Position numbers and translations under genes: made by a program
Source: a bacterium
Lineage (GTDB): Bacteria; Patescibacteriota; JABMPQ01; JAUVWW01
Assembly: GCA_030603885.1 (NCBI GenBank)
Contig: JAUVWW010000002.1
Location: forward strand, 21,991 to 85,990
Length of the DNA stretch: 64,000 nt
Reading direction: 5' to 3'
In this document: in pieces, positions 38,010 through 48,004 of the stretch
Layout: each line of letters starts with the position of its first letter
Numbering within the stretch: the stretch's first letter is position 1
Notes under the pieces: model-generated
Told to the model about the DNA's origin: nothing
The model's input: the letters and a program-made list of their open reading frames with translations, nothing else
Database searches by the model: none

Positions 38010-39275
38010 ATGTTTTATAAAACAAAACTAAAAAATAATCTACGTCTTATTGTCTCTCCCATATCCAAGACTAAGACAGTGACCTTGTTAGTTATGATAG
38101 AGACAGGATCTAAATATGAGACAAAAGCTATCTCAGGGCTTTCTCATTTTTTAGAACATATGTTCTTTAAAGGGACTACAAGACGGCCTTCGACCTTGGC
38201 TATTTCAACTGCCCTAGATGAGGTAGGAGGAATATACAACGCTTTTACTTCTAAAGAGTATACTGGATTTTATGTTAAAGTAGCTTCTAGGCACATAAGA
38301 CGTGCCTTTGATGTTATCTCTGATATTTTGCAAAATTCTAAATTTGAATCAGGGGAGATAAAGCGAGAAAAGAAAGTAATTATAGAAGAAATAAACATGT
38401 ATCAGGATACTCCTATGCATTATGTGGGAGAGTTGTTTGAACAGCTACTTTATGGAGATCAGCCAGCAGGCAGAATGGTTATTGGAACTAAAAAGACAGT
38501 CTCAAGTCTTAGGCAAAAGGATTTTCTGGATTACTTGCAAAAAATGTATAAAGCTTCTAATATGATAGTATGCATGGCTGGAAATATTTCATCTTCACGA
38601 GCCAAAAAACTGACAGAGAAGTACTTTACTAGATTATATAAAGGAAAGCCCAAGCCCAAGCCGAAAGTAAAAGAAAAACAAACCAAACCTCAAGTTTTGG
38701 TTCATTGGAAAAAAACAGATCAAACTCATCTCTGTCTTGGTGTTCGAACCTATAACATTAGTCATCCAGATCGATATATTCTAGCTTTGCTAGGGATTAT
38801 TCTAGGAGGAGGTATGTCTTCAAGACTTTTTATCTCTGTCAGAGAGAGATTAGGATTAGCTTATTATATTAAAGCCTCACCGGAATTTTATACTGATTCA
38901 GGCTATCTAGTAATTCAAGCAGGAACAGATACTAAAAGAGTGAAGAAGGCCTGTCAGGTTATTTTAGATGAGTTAAGAAAAATAAAAAAAGAAAGTGTGG
39001 GCAAAAAAGAACTAACAAAAGCCAAAGAATTTATAAAAGGTGCTACTTCTATTGAGCTTGAAACATCAGATGCCCAAGCTGCTTGGTTAGCTAAACAAGA
39101 GATACTAACCAAAAAGCTAAGAACTCTAAAACAAGTTTTTGCTGATATAGACAAGGTCAACTCAAGAGATATTAGGCGGGTAGCTGGTAATATTTTTACA
39201 AACAAAAAATTAAATCTAGCCTTAATTGGACCACATAAAAATAAAGAAGCCTTTAGGCGGATATTGAGAATATAA
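38010..39275 (+). CDS. M16 family zinc peptidase
   Basis: GLSHFLEHMFFKGT (HXXEH), NAFTSKE, GGGMSSRLF..VRE. Confidence 0.93.
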   Translation: MFYKTKLKNNLRLIVSPISKTKTVTLLVMIETGSKYETKAISGLSHFLEHMFFKGTTRRPSTLAISTALDEVGGIYNAFTSKEYTGFYVKVASRHIRRAFDVISDILQNSKFESGEIKREKKVIIEEINMYQDTPMHYVGELFEQLLYGDQPAGRMVIGTKKTVSSLRQKDFLDYLQKMYKASNMIVCMAGNISSSRAKKLTEKYFTRLYKGKPKPKPKVKEKQTKPQVLVHWKKTDQTHLCLGVRTYNISHPDRYILALLGIILGGGMSSRLFISVRERLGLAYYIKASPEFYTDSGYLVIQAGTDTKRVKKACQVILDELRKIKKESVGKKELTKAKEFIKGATSIELETSDAQAAWLAKQEILTKKLRTLKQVFADIDKVNSRDIRRVAGNIFTNKKLNLALIGPHKNKEAFRRILRI

Positions 39276-39304
39276 ATTTTAAATTTTTATTTGGAGTAAC
39301 TATC

Positions 39305-40381
39305 ATGTCTAACGACAAACCCAACGAAAAAAAAGTAACCTTTGACATTTCCTATACTACTTTTATCAGGATTATCGTTGTTTTAGTTGTTTTATTTTTA
39401 GTTTATTTACTTCGAGAAGTTATACTGATCTTATTTTTGGCTGTCATCTTGGCAGCTGCTATTAGTCCAATAGTCAAGTGGCTAGAGAATAAGAAAATTC
39501 CTCGGGTGGCTGGCATTATTTTGATTTATGCTGCCATGGCAGGGATAGTAGCTTTGGCTATTGGGGTTCTAGTTCCTCCCATTGCTAATCAGATTGCTCA
39601 ACTCCAAAGAAATCTTCCTCAATATTTTGAAGCTTTGACTAGATATCTTGAGCGGATACAAGCTCCTCAGGTAAGAGAAGAAGTCCTGGGTGGACTAAGG
39701 AGTGGGCTAGAGACCTTAGGGACGCAGATAGGACAGGCAGCAGGAGGACTTTATCAAGCAGTAGCTAATATATTCACAGCTATCTTAACAGCTATAATTG
39801 TCTTAGTTCTTTCTTTCTATTTTACTTTACAAGAAGGAGCTCTGGGAAAGTTTGTCAAGTCAGTAACCCCAAGAAGATTTCAGGCTTATGTAACTGGTCT
39901 GGTTATTCGGGTTCAAGGAAAAATGGGAGATTGGCTGAGGGGGCAAGCGGCTTTGTGTGTTGTGGTTGGAATGGTATGTTTTTTGGGTCTTTGGCTTTTG
40001 GGAGTAGAATACTCTTTGGCTTTAGGTGCCTTTGCTGGCATCACAGAAATAATCCCTTATATCGGTCCCATTATTGGAGCTATTCCAGCTGTAATTTTGG
40101 CTTTTGCCCAAGCTCCTTGGCTAGGGGTAGCAGTGGTAGTTCTCTATGTAGTAGTACAACAGCTAGAGAATCATTTTTTGGTGCCTAACATTATGGGTAA
40201 AGCAGTTGGTCTTAATCCCATTGTCATTATTTTGGTGGTGCTAATTGGGGCAAGGCTGGCTGGAGTTATAGGTGCTATTATTGCTGTTCCCATTGCCACG
40301 GCAGTTAGTATATTTTTAAGGGATCTTTTGGAGCGAGGAAAATTTAGTTTTCCAGGTGAGAAACCAGATGGAATAGCCTAA
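39305..40381 (+). CDS. AI-2E family transporter
   Basis: IPYIGP, QQLENHFLVP, GLNP, GAIIAVP. Confidence 0.92.
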   Translation: MSNDKPNEKKVTFDISYTTFIRIIVVLVVLFLVYLLREVILILFLAVILAAAISPIVKWLENKKIPRVAGIILIYAAMAGIVALAIGVLVPPIANQIAQLQRNLPQYFEALTRYLERIQAPQVREEVLGGLRSGLETLGTQIGQAAGGLYQAVANIFTAILTAIIVLVLSFYFTLQEGALGKFVKSVTPRRFQAYVTGLVIRVQGKMGDWLRGQAALCVVVGMVCFLGLWLLGVEYSLALGAFAGITEIIPYIGPIIGAIPAVILAFAQAPWLGVAVVVLYVVVQQLENHFLVPNIMGKAVGLNPIVIILVVLIGARLAGVIGAIIAVPIATAVSIFLRDLLERGKFSFPGEKPDGIA

Positions 40382-40444
40382 TTAGCTAAACAGCCATAGA
40401 GCTATAGAGTTATAAACCTTTATGGCTATATGGCTATTAAAATA

Positions 40445-41113
40445 ATGGGTATTTTATATGTTGTTGCCACTCCTATTGGTAATCTAAAAGATATTACTTT
40501 AAGAGCTTTAGAAATATTAAAAGAAGTAGACTTTATTGCTTGTGAGGATACAAGACAAACTAAAAAATTACTTGATCGTTATAAAATAAAAAAGCCTCAG
40601 GTTAGTTATCATCAGCATACTCGGATTCAAAAAATTGATTATATTGTAAATCAAATAGCACAAGGAAAATCTTGTGCTTTAGTTTCTGATGCCGGGACCC
40701 CCTGTATTTCTGATCCAGGGAGAGTACTGGTAACCAGGGCTTATGATGCGGGGGTAAAGGTTGTACCTATCCCTGGTCCCTCTGCTTTAATTAGTGCTGC
40801 TTCAATTTCTGGCCTTCCAGTTGATAAATTTATTTTTTTAGGTTTTCCTCCACACAAAAAAGGACGTCGAAAATTCTTTGAACAAATAAGAGATAATAAA
40901 TATACAGTTATTCTTTACGAATCACCCTATCGGATTTTAAAAACCCTAGGCCAGTTGAGAGATGTTGTGGGTGATAGACGAATAGTGGTCTGTCGAGAAC
41001 TAACCAAAATGTTTGAGATTGTCTATAGAGGTTCTTTAAATGAAGTGATTAATCAATTAGAGAAAGAAAAGATTAAAGGAGAATTTGTCGTTGTGGTTGA
41101 GGGTAAAAAATGA
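40445..41113 (+). CDS. rsmI: 16S rRNA (C1402-2'-O)-methyltransferase
   Basis: LYVVATPIGNL, CEDTR, SDAGTPCISDPG, YESPYR, RELTK. Confidence 0.96.
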   Translation: MGILYVVATPIGNLKDITLRALEILKEVDFIACEDTRQTKKLLDRYKIKKPQVSYHQHTRIQKIDYIVNQIAQGKSCALVSDAGTPCISDPGRVLVTRAYDAGVKVVPIPGPSALISAASISGLPVDKFIFLGFPPHKKGRRKFFEQIRDNKYTVILYESPYRILKTLGQLRDVVGDRRIVVCRELTKMFEIVYRGSLNEVINQLEKEKIKGEFVVVVEGKK

Positions 41114-41150
41114 AAGACCCACGAATTCATTATGATTGAATTACGCGGGT

Positions 41151-41489
41151 CTAAGAAATTCCATTGCTTTTCTCGTCGATTTTTTTGGCGATGTTTAGTA
41201 GTGCTGTTTCAATTCCCATATACAGAAGGTTTGTAACAGGCATAGGAGCATTAAAATGTACTTCGAATTTCCCGGTCTTGATCTGGAGAATTTCGTATAG
41301 TGCATCTTTATTAATGAGATATTCACCGTTGTAGAACTGTGCAAAAAGAATAAGTCCGTCCCTAAAATATACCTTAGCTCTGGTTTCGCCGCTATCATCC
41401 TTAATCATCAGCTTTGCCGGCATTGTGTTGATTCTCATTACTTGAAAGACATCCTCTATTGCCAGTTCTTTAATATCTCCCTGTAACAT
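41151..41489 (-). CDS. DUF4388 (PATAN-like) domain protein
   Basis: LQGDIKELAIEDVFQ, VYFRDG.I..A, GKF, LLN...IDE; AAGGAGGTG RBS. Confidence 0.75.
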   Translation of the reverse strand: MLQGDIKELAIEDVFQVMRINTMPAKLMIKDDSGETRAKVYFRDGLILFAQFYNGEYLINKDALYEILQIKTGKFEVHFNAPMPVTNLLYMGIETALLNIAKKIDEKSNGIS

Positions 41490-41554
41490 CTTTTTCACCT
41501 CCTTTCAAATTTTCATCTTACCTTAGCACATTTTAATAAAAAAGTCAAGTTTTT

Positions 41555-41983
41555 ATGGTAGAAATCATTATTTTTCTTTTAATTCTTTTAGCTTTTGTTT
41601 CTATGGCTTTTTGGGAGGCTTATGCTGAGGGAGAAGCTGGAGGAGCAGCTAGAGCTGTAGGACCTCAATTTAAATTATTCGGATTGAGATTTAAAGCCTA
41701 TCATTTGATTCTTTTTTGTGTATTTATTCCTTTATTACTTTCTTTAACCTTGATTGGTCGGTTCAGCTGGCATCTATTTAAATTTGTAGCAGCTGGATAT
41801 TTCTTTGGCCTGGTAATCGAAGACTTTCTCTGGTTTGTGGTCAATCCCAAATGGCCATTTTCCCATTGGAACTCAAGACATGTTGATTGGTATTCCTGGT
41901 GGAAGATAGGAAAGTTTGAGATACCTTCCTTTTATATCCCCGCTATTATAATTGGTATTCTATTATTAACTCTGATAAAATAA
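41555..41983 (+). CDS. Hypothetical membrane protein
   Basis: Four TM segments; EDFLWFVVNP. Confidence 0.7.
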   Translation: MVEIIIFLLILLAFVSMAFWEAYAEGEAGGAARAVGPQFKLFGLRFKAYHLILFCVFIPLLLSLTLIGRFSWHLFKFVAAGYFFGLVIEDFLWFVVNPKWPFSHWNSRHVDWYSWWKIGKFEIPSFYIPAIIIGILLLTLIK

Positions 41984-41984
41984 T

Positions 41985-43508
41985 ATGCCTAGGTTTTATG
42001 TGACTACCCCTATTTACTATGTCAATGACAAACCTCACATTGGCCACACTTATACTACTATTGTTGCTGATATTCTGGCTCGATGGCACAGGCTAATCGG
42101 AGAGGATGTTTTCTTTTTGACGGGAACAGATGAAAATAGCCAAAAAACAGTTCAAGCAGCTCATCAAAAAAAGGAGAAAGATATTCAGAAATACACTGAT
42201 CAAATGAGCAGCATGTGGCAGATGACTTGGGATTCATTAGGATTTAGCCACAATGATTTTATTCGGACTACAGAGGAACGTCATAAAAAAGGAGTAATAA
42301 AACTTTTTGAGAAAATTCAGAAAAAGGGAGATATCTATAAAGGAAAATATAAAGGATTTTATTGTTCAGGGTGTGAAGCTTTTATTAAAGAATCTGATTT
42401 AGCTCGAGGAAAATGTCCACTTCATAAGACTAAGCCAGATTTTATTGAGGAAGAAAATTTATTCTTCAAACTAACCAATTACAAAGATAAACTTTTAGAC
42501 CATATCAAAAAACACCCCGAGTTTATTCAACCAGAGACCAGAAGAAATGAAGTAGTAAGTTATATTGAGACTGCTTTGGAAGACGTTTCCATCTCTCGGC
42601 CTAACAAAGGCTGGGGAATTCCCTTACCCCAAGATCCGAAACAAGTATTTTATGTCTGGTTTGATGCTTTGATAAATTATTTGACTGGTATTGGCTATGG
42701 TCAAGATGAGACTAAGTTTTCTAAATGGTGGGCCAAGGATTGCCCAATTGTTCATCTGATGGCTAAAGATATTATCAAATTTCACTGTGTTATTTGGCCA
42801 GCCATGTTAATGTCTAGTGGGCTAAAACTTCCCGATGTCATTTTTGCTCATGGATTCTTTACTATTGATGAAGAAAAGATTTCAAAATCTTTAGGAAATG
42901 TTATTGATCCCATCTTTCTTTCTCAAAAATATGGTATTGATCCAGTTCGCTATTTTGTCCTCAGAGAGATTCCTTTTGGTCAAGATGGGGATTTTTCTAC
43001 AAAAAAGCTAGAAGAAAGATACAATGGAGATCTGGCTAATGATTTGGGGAATTTAGTTTCAAGAACTCTGACTATGATAGAAAAGTATTTTGAAAGTAAA
43101 GTTCCAGCCGCTGGTCGACCCACAAAAGAGGAAATAGAGACTTTAGTCTCTTCTACTTGGAAAAAAGCAGAACAAGGTCTGGATAAGTTTCAATTTGACA
43201 AAGTTCTAGTTGCCATTTGGCAACTGATTGATTTTGCTAATACATATATTGAAAAAAATAAGCCTTGGGAGCTAGCTAAGAAAGATGAGAAAAAATTGGC
43301 TCAAGTTTTGTATAATTTAACAGAAAGCCTACGCCACATTGCCTGGATGATCTATGCCTTTATGCCAGAGACAGCAGAGAAAATTCTATCTCAGCTCAAT
43401 GTTTTAGAAAGCGAAAGAAAGTTATCTTTTGACCAGATCAAAAAATGGGGTGGGCTTAAGCCAGGTACTAAGATTAAAAAAGGCAAACCCTTGTTTCCGA
43501 GGATTTAA
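41985..43508 (+). CDS. metG: Methionine--tRNA ligase
   Basis: TTPIYYVN..PHIGH, GTDE, YVWFDAL, KDI..FH, KISKS, LFPRI. Confidence 0.97.
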   Translation: MPRFYVTTPIYYVNDKPHIGHTYTTIVADILARWHRLIGEDVFFLTGTDENSQKTVQAAHQKKEKDIQKYTDQMSSMWQMTWDSLGFSHNDFIRTTEERHKKGVIKLFEKIQKKGDIYKGKYKGFYCSGCEAFIKESDLARGKCPLHKTKPDFIEEENLFFKLTNYKDKLLDHIKKHPEFIQPETRRNEVVSYIETALEDVSISRPNKGWGIPLPQDPKQVFYVWFDALINYLTGIGYGQDETKFSKWWAKDCPIVHLMAKDIIKFHCVIWPAMLMSSGLKLPDVIFAHGFFTIDEEKISKSLGNVIDPIFLSQKYGIDPVRYFVLREIPFGQDGDFSTKKLEERYNGDLANDLGNLVSRTLTMIEKYFESKVPAAGRPTKEEIETLVSSTWKKAEQGLDKFQFDKVLVAIWQLIDFANTYIEKNKPWELAKKDEKKLAQVLYNLTESLRHIAWMIYAFMPETAEKILSQLNVLESERKLSFDQIKKWGGLKPGTKIKKGKPLFPRI

Positions 43509-43635
43509 GATTGCTGATCTTCACACCAACCTTTGACAATTGGCTATTTATCGTGTCCTACTTAGAAATAAAGTCAAGCGTCAGGCTTGATTTTTTTATT
43601 ATCTTTGCTAAGATAAAGGAAAATTAAGTAAATTT

Positions 43636-43977
43636 ATGATTGAAAGCTATTCTTTTGGTTTCATCACTATCAATGGAAAAACCTATAATTCAGATGTCAT
43701 TGTTATTCCCAAAAAAGTTGATGATTCTTGGTGGAGAAAGGAAGGTCATAAAGTTTATAGAGAGGATATTGAGGAAATAGTAAAGCAAAATCCTAAGATT
43801 ATGGTTTTTGGAACTGGAGAGCCTGGACTAATGAAAGTTCTTCCTGAAACTGAAGAGTATATAAAGTCAAAAGGAATTGAGATAATTACTAAACCTTCGG
43901 CTCAGGCTTTAGAGGAATACAATAGACTAGAAAAGGAAGGAAAGAAGGTGGTGGGATTATTTCATTTAACTTGCTAA
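43636..43977 (+). CDS. Mth938-like domain protein
   Basis: YSFG.ITING..Y.SD, WWRKEGH, GTG, HLTC. Confidence 0.88.
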   Translation: MIESYSFGFITINGKTYNSDVIVIPKKVDDSWWRKEGHKVYREDIEEIVKQNPKIMVFGTGEPGLMKVLPETEEYIKSKGIEIITKPSAQALEEYNRLEKEGKKVVGLFHLTC

Positions 43978-43986
43978 TTAATACGA

Positions 43987-44760
43987 ATGTTAATCGATAC
44001 GCACACTCATTTAGATTTTAAGGAATTTGATCCGGATCAAGATCAGGTGATCAAGCGAGCTTTTTCATCTGGGATAGAAAAAATTATTAATGTTAGCTGC
44101 AATCTTGAGCGCAGCAAAAACTCAATTGAGTTAGCTAAGAAATATGGTGATATATATGCTACGGTGGGTGTTCATCCGCATGATCTAGGGAAGTATGAAG
44201 TAGAAAGTCTGAAGTCTGAATTGGGAAAGTTAGCAAAAGAGGACAAGGTAGTGGCCATAGGAGAAATAGGTTTAGATTACTATCGGATAGAAAAAGAAGA
44301 GGATAAGCAAAGACAAATTGAAGGATTTAAAATACAATTTGATCTAGCCCAGAAACTCAATCTTCCTGTTATTATCCACTGCCGTAATGCTTTTGAAGAT
44401 TTACTTGAAATATTAAAAGGAGTAAGTGATTTACCAAGAGGTGTGACCCATTGTTTTTCAGGCACCTTGCATTATGCCAAGCAATTTCTTGATCTAGGAT
44501 TTCTTATTTCTTTCACAGGTTCGATCACCTATGCCAGGCCCCAAGGAGAAATTTTAAAGGTAGTTAAAGAAATTCCCTTGGATAAAATAATGGTGGAGAC
44601 AGATTGTCCCTATTTAGCACCAGTGCCTCATCGAGGAGAAAGAAATGAACCAGCTTATGTTAGGCATATGGCAGAAAAAATTGCTGAGATAAAAGGAATT
44701 GATTTTGAAGAAGTAGCTAAAAAAACCACAGAAAATGCAATAAAACTATTTAATTTATGA
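43987..44760 (+). CDS. tatD: TatD family hydrolase
   Basis: DTHTH, GVHPH, GEIGLDY, HCR, HCF, ETDCPYLAP. Confidence 0.93.
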   Translation: MLIDTHTHLDFKEFDPDQDQVIKRAFSSGIEKIINVSCNLERSKNSIELAKKYGDIYATVGVHPHDLGKYEVESLKSELGKLAKEDKVVAIGEIGLDYYRIEKEEDKQRQIEGFKIQFDLAQKLNLPVIIHCRNAFEDLLEILKGVSDLPRGVTHCFSGTLHYAKQFLDLGFLISFTGSITYARPQGEILKVVKEIPLDKIMVETDCPYLAPVPHRGERNEPAYVRHMAEKIAEIKGIDFEEVAKKTTENAIKLFNL

Positions 44761-45518
44761 AACAATTTACTATCAAAACAGCTAAGGAGGCAGGAAAGAT
44801 TTTGCTTAGATATTTTCATAAAGCATTAAAAGTTAAACAAAAGGGAGCTAAGGGTAATATTGTTACCAATGCTGATTTAGCAGCTGAAAAATATATCATT
44901 GGCGCTATCAGAAAGAAATTTCCAAATCATGATATTTTATCTGAGGAGATGGGAGAGAAGAAGATAGGAAAATCAGAATATAAGTGGATTATTGATCCTT
45001 TAGATGGAACCAGGAATTTTGCTTCAGGTATTCCTTTTTTCTCTGTGTTGATAGCTTTGACAAAGAAAGGAAAGATTATTTTAGGTGTAGTCTATGATCC
45101 AGTACATGATGAGTTGTTTTTTGCGGAAGAAGGCAAAGGAGCCTATTTGAATAATAAAAAAATTAAAGTTTCAAGAGAAAAAAGCCTAACCGGAGCAGTG
45201 GTTAAGCTAGGATGGGTTTGGTCAAGAAAAAGATTTAAGAAAGTGGGTAGATATTATGTTAGATTTTCCAAATATACTTCTTGGATTAGAAGATATGGAT
45301 CTGTTTCTAGTTTGGCTTATCTAGCTTGTGGCAGGCTGGATGTAGCCATGCACATAGGAGCCAACCCTTGGGATTATGCTGCTCCAGCTATTGTTATTAA
45401 AGAAGCCGGAGGCAAAACAACAGATCTCAAAGGAAATCCTTATGATATTACCAAAAGAGAAATTTTAGCTGCCAACTCAAGATTGCATAAATTTGTTTTG
45501 AGGAATATAATTAAATAA
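44757..45518 (+). CDS. Inositol monophosphatase family protein
   Basis: SEE, WIIDPLDGTRNF, PWDYAA. Confidence 0.92.
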   Translation: MKQFTIKTAKEAGKILLRYFHKALKVKQKGAKGNIVTNADLAAEKYIIGAIRKKFPNHDILSEEMGEKKIGKSEYKWIIDPLDGTRNFASGIPFFSVLIALTKKGKIILGVVYDPVHDELFFAEEGKGAYLNNKKIKVSREKSLTGAVVKLGWVWSRKRFKKVGRYYVRFSKYTSWIRRYGSVSSLAYLACGRLDVAMHIGANPWDYAAPAIVIKEAGGKTTDLKGNPYDITKREILAANSRLHKFVLRNIIK

Positions 45519-45519
45519 T

Positions 45520-47985
45520 ATGCGACAATACAGTCCTCAAAAAATAGAACAGAAATGGCAAAAAATCTGGAGAAAGACCAGGGCTCACCAGACTAATTTA
45601 GAGTCTAAAAAGCCTTATTATTGCCTAGATATGTTTCCCTATCCTTCCGGAGAAGGCCTGCATGTTGGTCATTGGAAAGGCTATGTTTTATCTGATGTTT
45701 GGGTCAGGTACAAAAGAATGCAAGGCTATGACGTACTTCATCCCATGGGCTGGGATGCTTTTGGTCTGCCCGCAGAGAATGCTGCTATAGAAAAAGGCAT
45801 TCATCCAAAGAAGTTTACCCAAGCCAATCTTAAAATGTTTAAAAAACAGCTTAATGATATTGGAGCTATGTATGACTGGAGCCTAGAGATCAATACTTCA
45901 AGACCTGAATATTATAAATGGACCCAATGGATCTTTCTGCAACTTTATAAAAATGATCTTGCCTACAGAAAAAAAGCACCGGTTAATTGGTGTCCTTCTT
46001 GCAAAACTGTTTTAGCTAATGAGCAAATCATAGCTGGAAAATGTGAAAGATGTGGCCAGGATGTGACGACTAAATATCTTAAACAATGGTTTTTTAGAAT
46101 TACCAAATATGCAGATCCTTTAATTGATGATTTAGAGAAGATCGATTGGCCCGAAAAAGTAAAAACTATGCAGAAAAATTGGATTGGAAGATCAGGAGGA
46201 GTTGAAGTTGAGTTTAAAGCCAAAGTTCCAGAAAAAAGAGCCTTCCTAACTGCTAGAAGAAGAGTCCTTTATTGGACAAAACCTAAAGAGCTGACTATTC
46301 CCGTCTTTACCACCAGGCCGGATACTTTGTTTGGAACTACCTATTTAGTTTTGGCTCCAGAACATCCCCTAGTCAAGGTCTTGACTACCAAAGACAAAAA
46401 AGAAGAAGTTTCTTCTTATATAGAAAAGACTAAAAAAGAAAGAGAGATAGAAAGAATCTCAGAAGAAAAAGAAAAAACGGGGGTCTTTATTAGTGCTTAT
46501 GCTTTAAATCCAGTCAATAACCAAAAAATCCCTATTTGGATTTCTGATTATGTTCTGCCAACTTATGGAACGGGAGCTATTATGTGCGTTCCAGCTCATG
46601 ATAAGCGAGACTTTGCTTTTGCCAAAAAGTTTAAGCTGCCTATCGTTCAAGTAATTTCTCCCACAGGAAAAGAGACAAAGCTAAAGGAAGCTTATGTTGA
46701 AGAAGGAAAAATGATTAATTCAGGTGAGTTTGATGGAATAAAATCAGAACAAGCTGAAGATAAAATCACTGACTGGCTAAAGAAGAAAAACTTAGCCAGG
46801 CAAACTGTCAATTATAGATTTCGAGACTGGCTTATCTCAAGGCAAAGATATTGGGGCTGTCCTATTCCTATTATTTTTTGTGAGAAGTGTGGTGAGGTTC
46901 CGGTGGATGAAAAAGATCTACCAGTCAGGCTGCCAAAAATAAAAGATTATAAGCCTTTGGAAGGAGAGTCGCCCTTAGCTCGCTCATCTAAATTTGTCGA
47001 TGTAGTCTGTCCTGGCTGTGGAGGCATGGCTCAAAGAGAAATAGACACCATGGATACTTTTGTTGATTCAGCTTGGTATTTTCTAAGATATCCCTCAGCT
47101 CATATCAGAGACAAAGCTTTTGATGAGGAGCTGACCAAAAGATGGCTTCCTATTGATGCTTATATTGGTGGTATTGAACATGCCACAGGCCATTTGATAT
47201 TCTTTCGCTTTATGGCCAAGGCTTTGAAAGACTTAAAATTGATAGACTTTGATGAGCCGGCCCAGCGTCTCTTTAATCAGGGAATGATTTATTATAAGGG
47301 AGCCAAGATGTCAAAGTCCAAGGGAAATGTCATCTCACCTGATCCTTTGATTAAAAAATATGGAAGAGATTCTATTCGAGGCTATGAACTTTTTATGGGA
47401 CCACCAGAGCAGGATATTGAGTGGTCTGATCAGGGAGTGCCTGGTGTTTATCGATTTTTACAAAAGGTATGGAATCTAGTAACCAGCTATCAGTCAGCTA
47501 CCAGCCAACAGCCAAATAAAGAATTGGAACAGTTGATGCATGGGACAATTAAGAAAGTAACCGAAGATCTTGAGAGATTTCATCTTAATACCGTGGTCAG
47601 TGCTTTGATGGAATATACTAATCAATTGACAGCTAATAATCAACAACTTTCAACCGAACATTTAGAGACCTTGCTTTTACTTCTTGCTCCTATTGCTCCT
47701 CATCTATCATGCGAACTTTGGCAAAAATTAGGACACAAAGAAAGTATCTTTAAAGAAAAATGGCCAAAATATAAAGAAGAGTTAGCTAAAGCAGAGAAAA
47801 TAGAATTAGTTATTCAAGTTAATGGAAAGGTAAGAGACAAAATAGAAGTAGAAGCTGAGATTCAAGAAGAAAAGGCAAAAGAGATAGCTTTAGCTAGCCA
47901 AAAGGTACAGAAATTTACCGAAGGTAAGAAAATAATCAAGACCATTTTTGTGCCAGGAAAGTTGATTAATATCGTCGTTGACTAA
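45520..47985 (+). CDS. leuS: Leucine--tRNA ligase
   Basis: MFPYPSG..LHVGH, GWDAFGLPAEN, FTTRPDT, SRQRYWG, KMSKS, QVNGKVR. Confidence 0.97.
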   Translation: MRQYSPQKIEQKWQKIWRKTRAHQTNLESKKPYYCLDMFPYPSGEGLHVGHWKGYVLSDVWVRYKRMQGYDVLHPMGWDAFGLPAENAAIEKGIHPKKFTQANLKMFKKQLNDIGAMYDWSLEINTSRPEYYKWTQWIFLQLYKNDLAYRKKAPVNWCPSCKTVLANEQIIAGKCERCGQDVTTKYLKQWFFRITKYADPLIDDLEKIDWPEKVKTMQKNWIGRSGGVEVEFKAKVPEKRAFLTARRRVLYWTKPKELTIPVFTTRPDTLFGTTYLVLAPEHPLVKVLTTKDKKEEVSSYIEKTKKEREIERISEEKEKTGVFISAYALNPVNNQKIPIWISDYVLPTYGTGAIMCVPAHDKRDFAFAKKFKLPIVQVISPTGKETKLKEAYVEEGKMINSGEFDGIKSEQAEDKITDWLKKKNLARQTVNYRFRDWLISRQRYWGCPIPIIFCEKCGEVPVDEKDLPVRLPKIKDYKPLEGESPLARSSKFVDVVCPGCGGMAQREIDTMDTFVDSAWYFLRYPSAHIRDKAFDEELTKRWLPIDAYIGGIEHATGHLIFFRFMAKALKDLKLIDFDEPAQRLFNQGMIYYKGAKMSKSKGNVISPDPLIKKYGRDSIRGYELFMGPPEQDIEWSDQGVPGVYRFLQKVWNLVTSYQSATSQQPNKELEQLMHGTIKKVTEDLERFHLNTVVSALMEYTNQLTANNQQLSTEHLETLLLLLAPIAPHLSCELWQKLGHKESIFKEKWPKYKEELAKAEKIELVIQVNGKVRDKIEVEAEIQEEKAKEIALASQKVQKFTEGKKIIKTIFVPGKLINIVVD

Positions 47986-48004
47986 TTGGCTAATCTAATA
48001 GTAT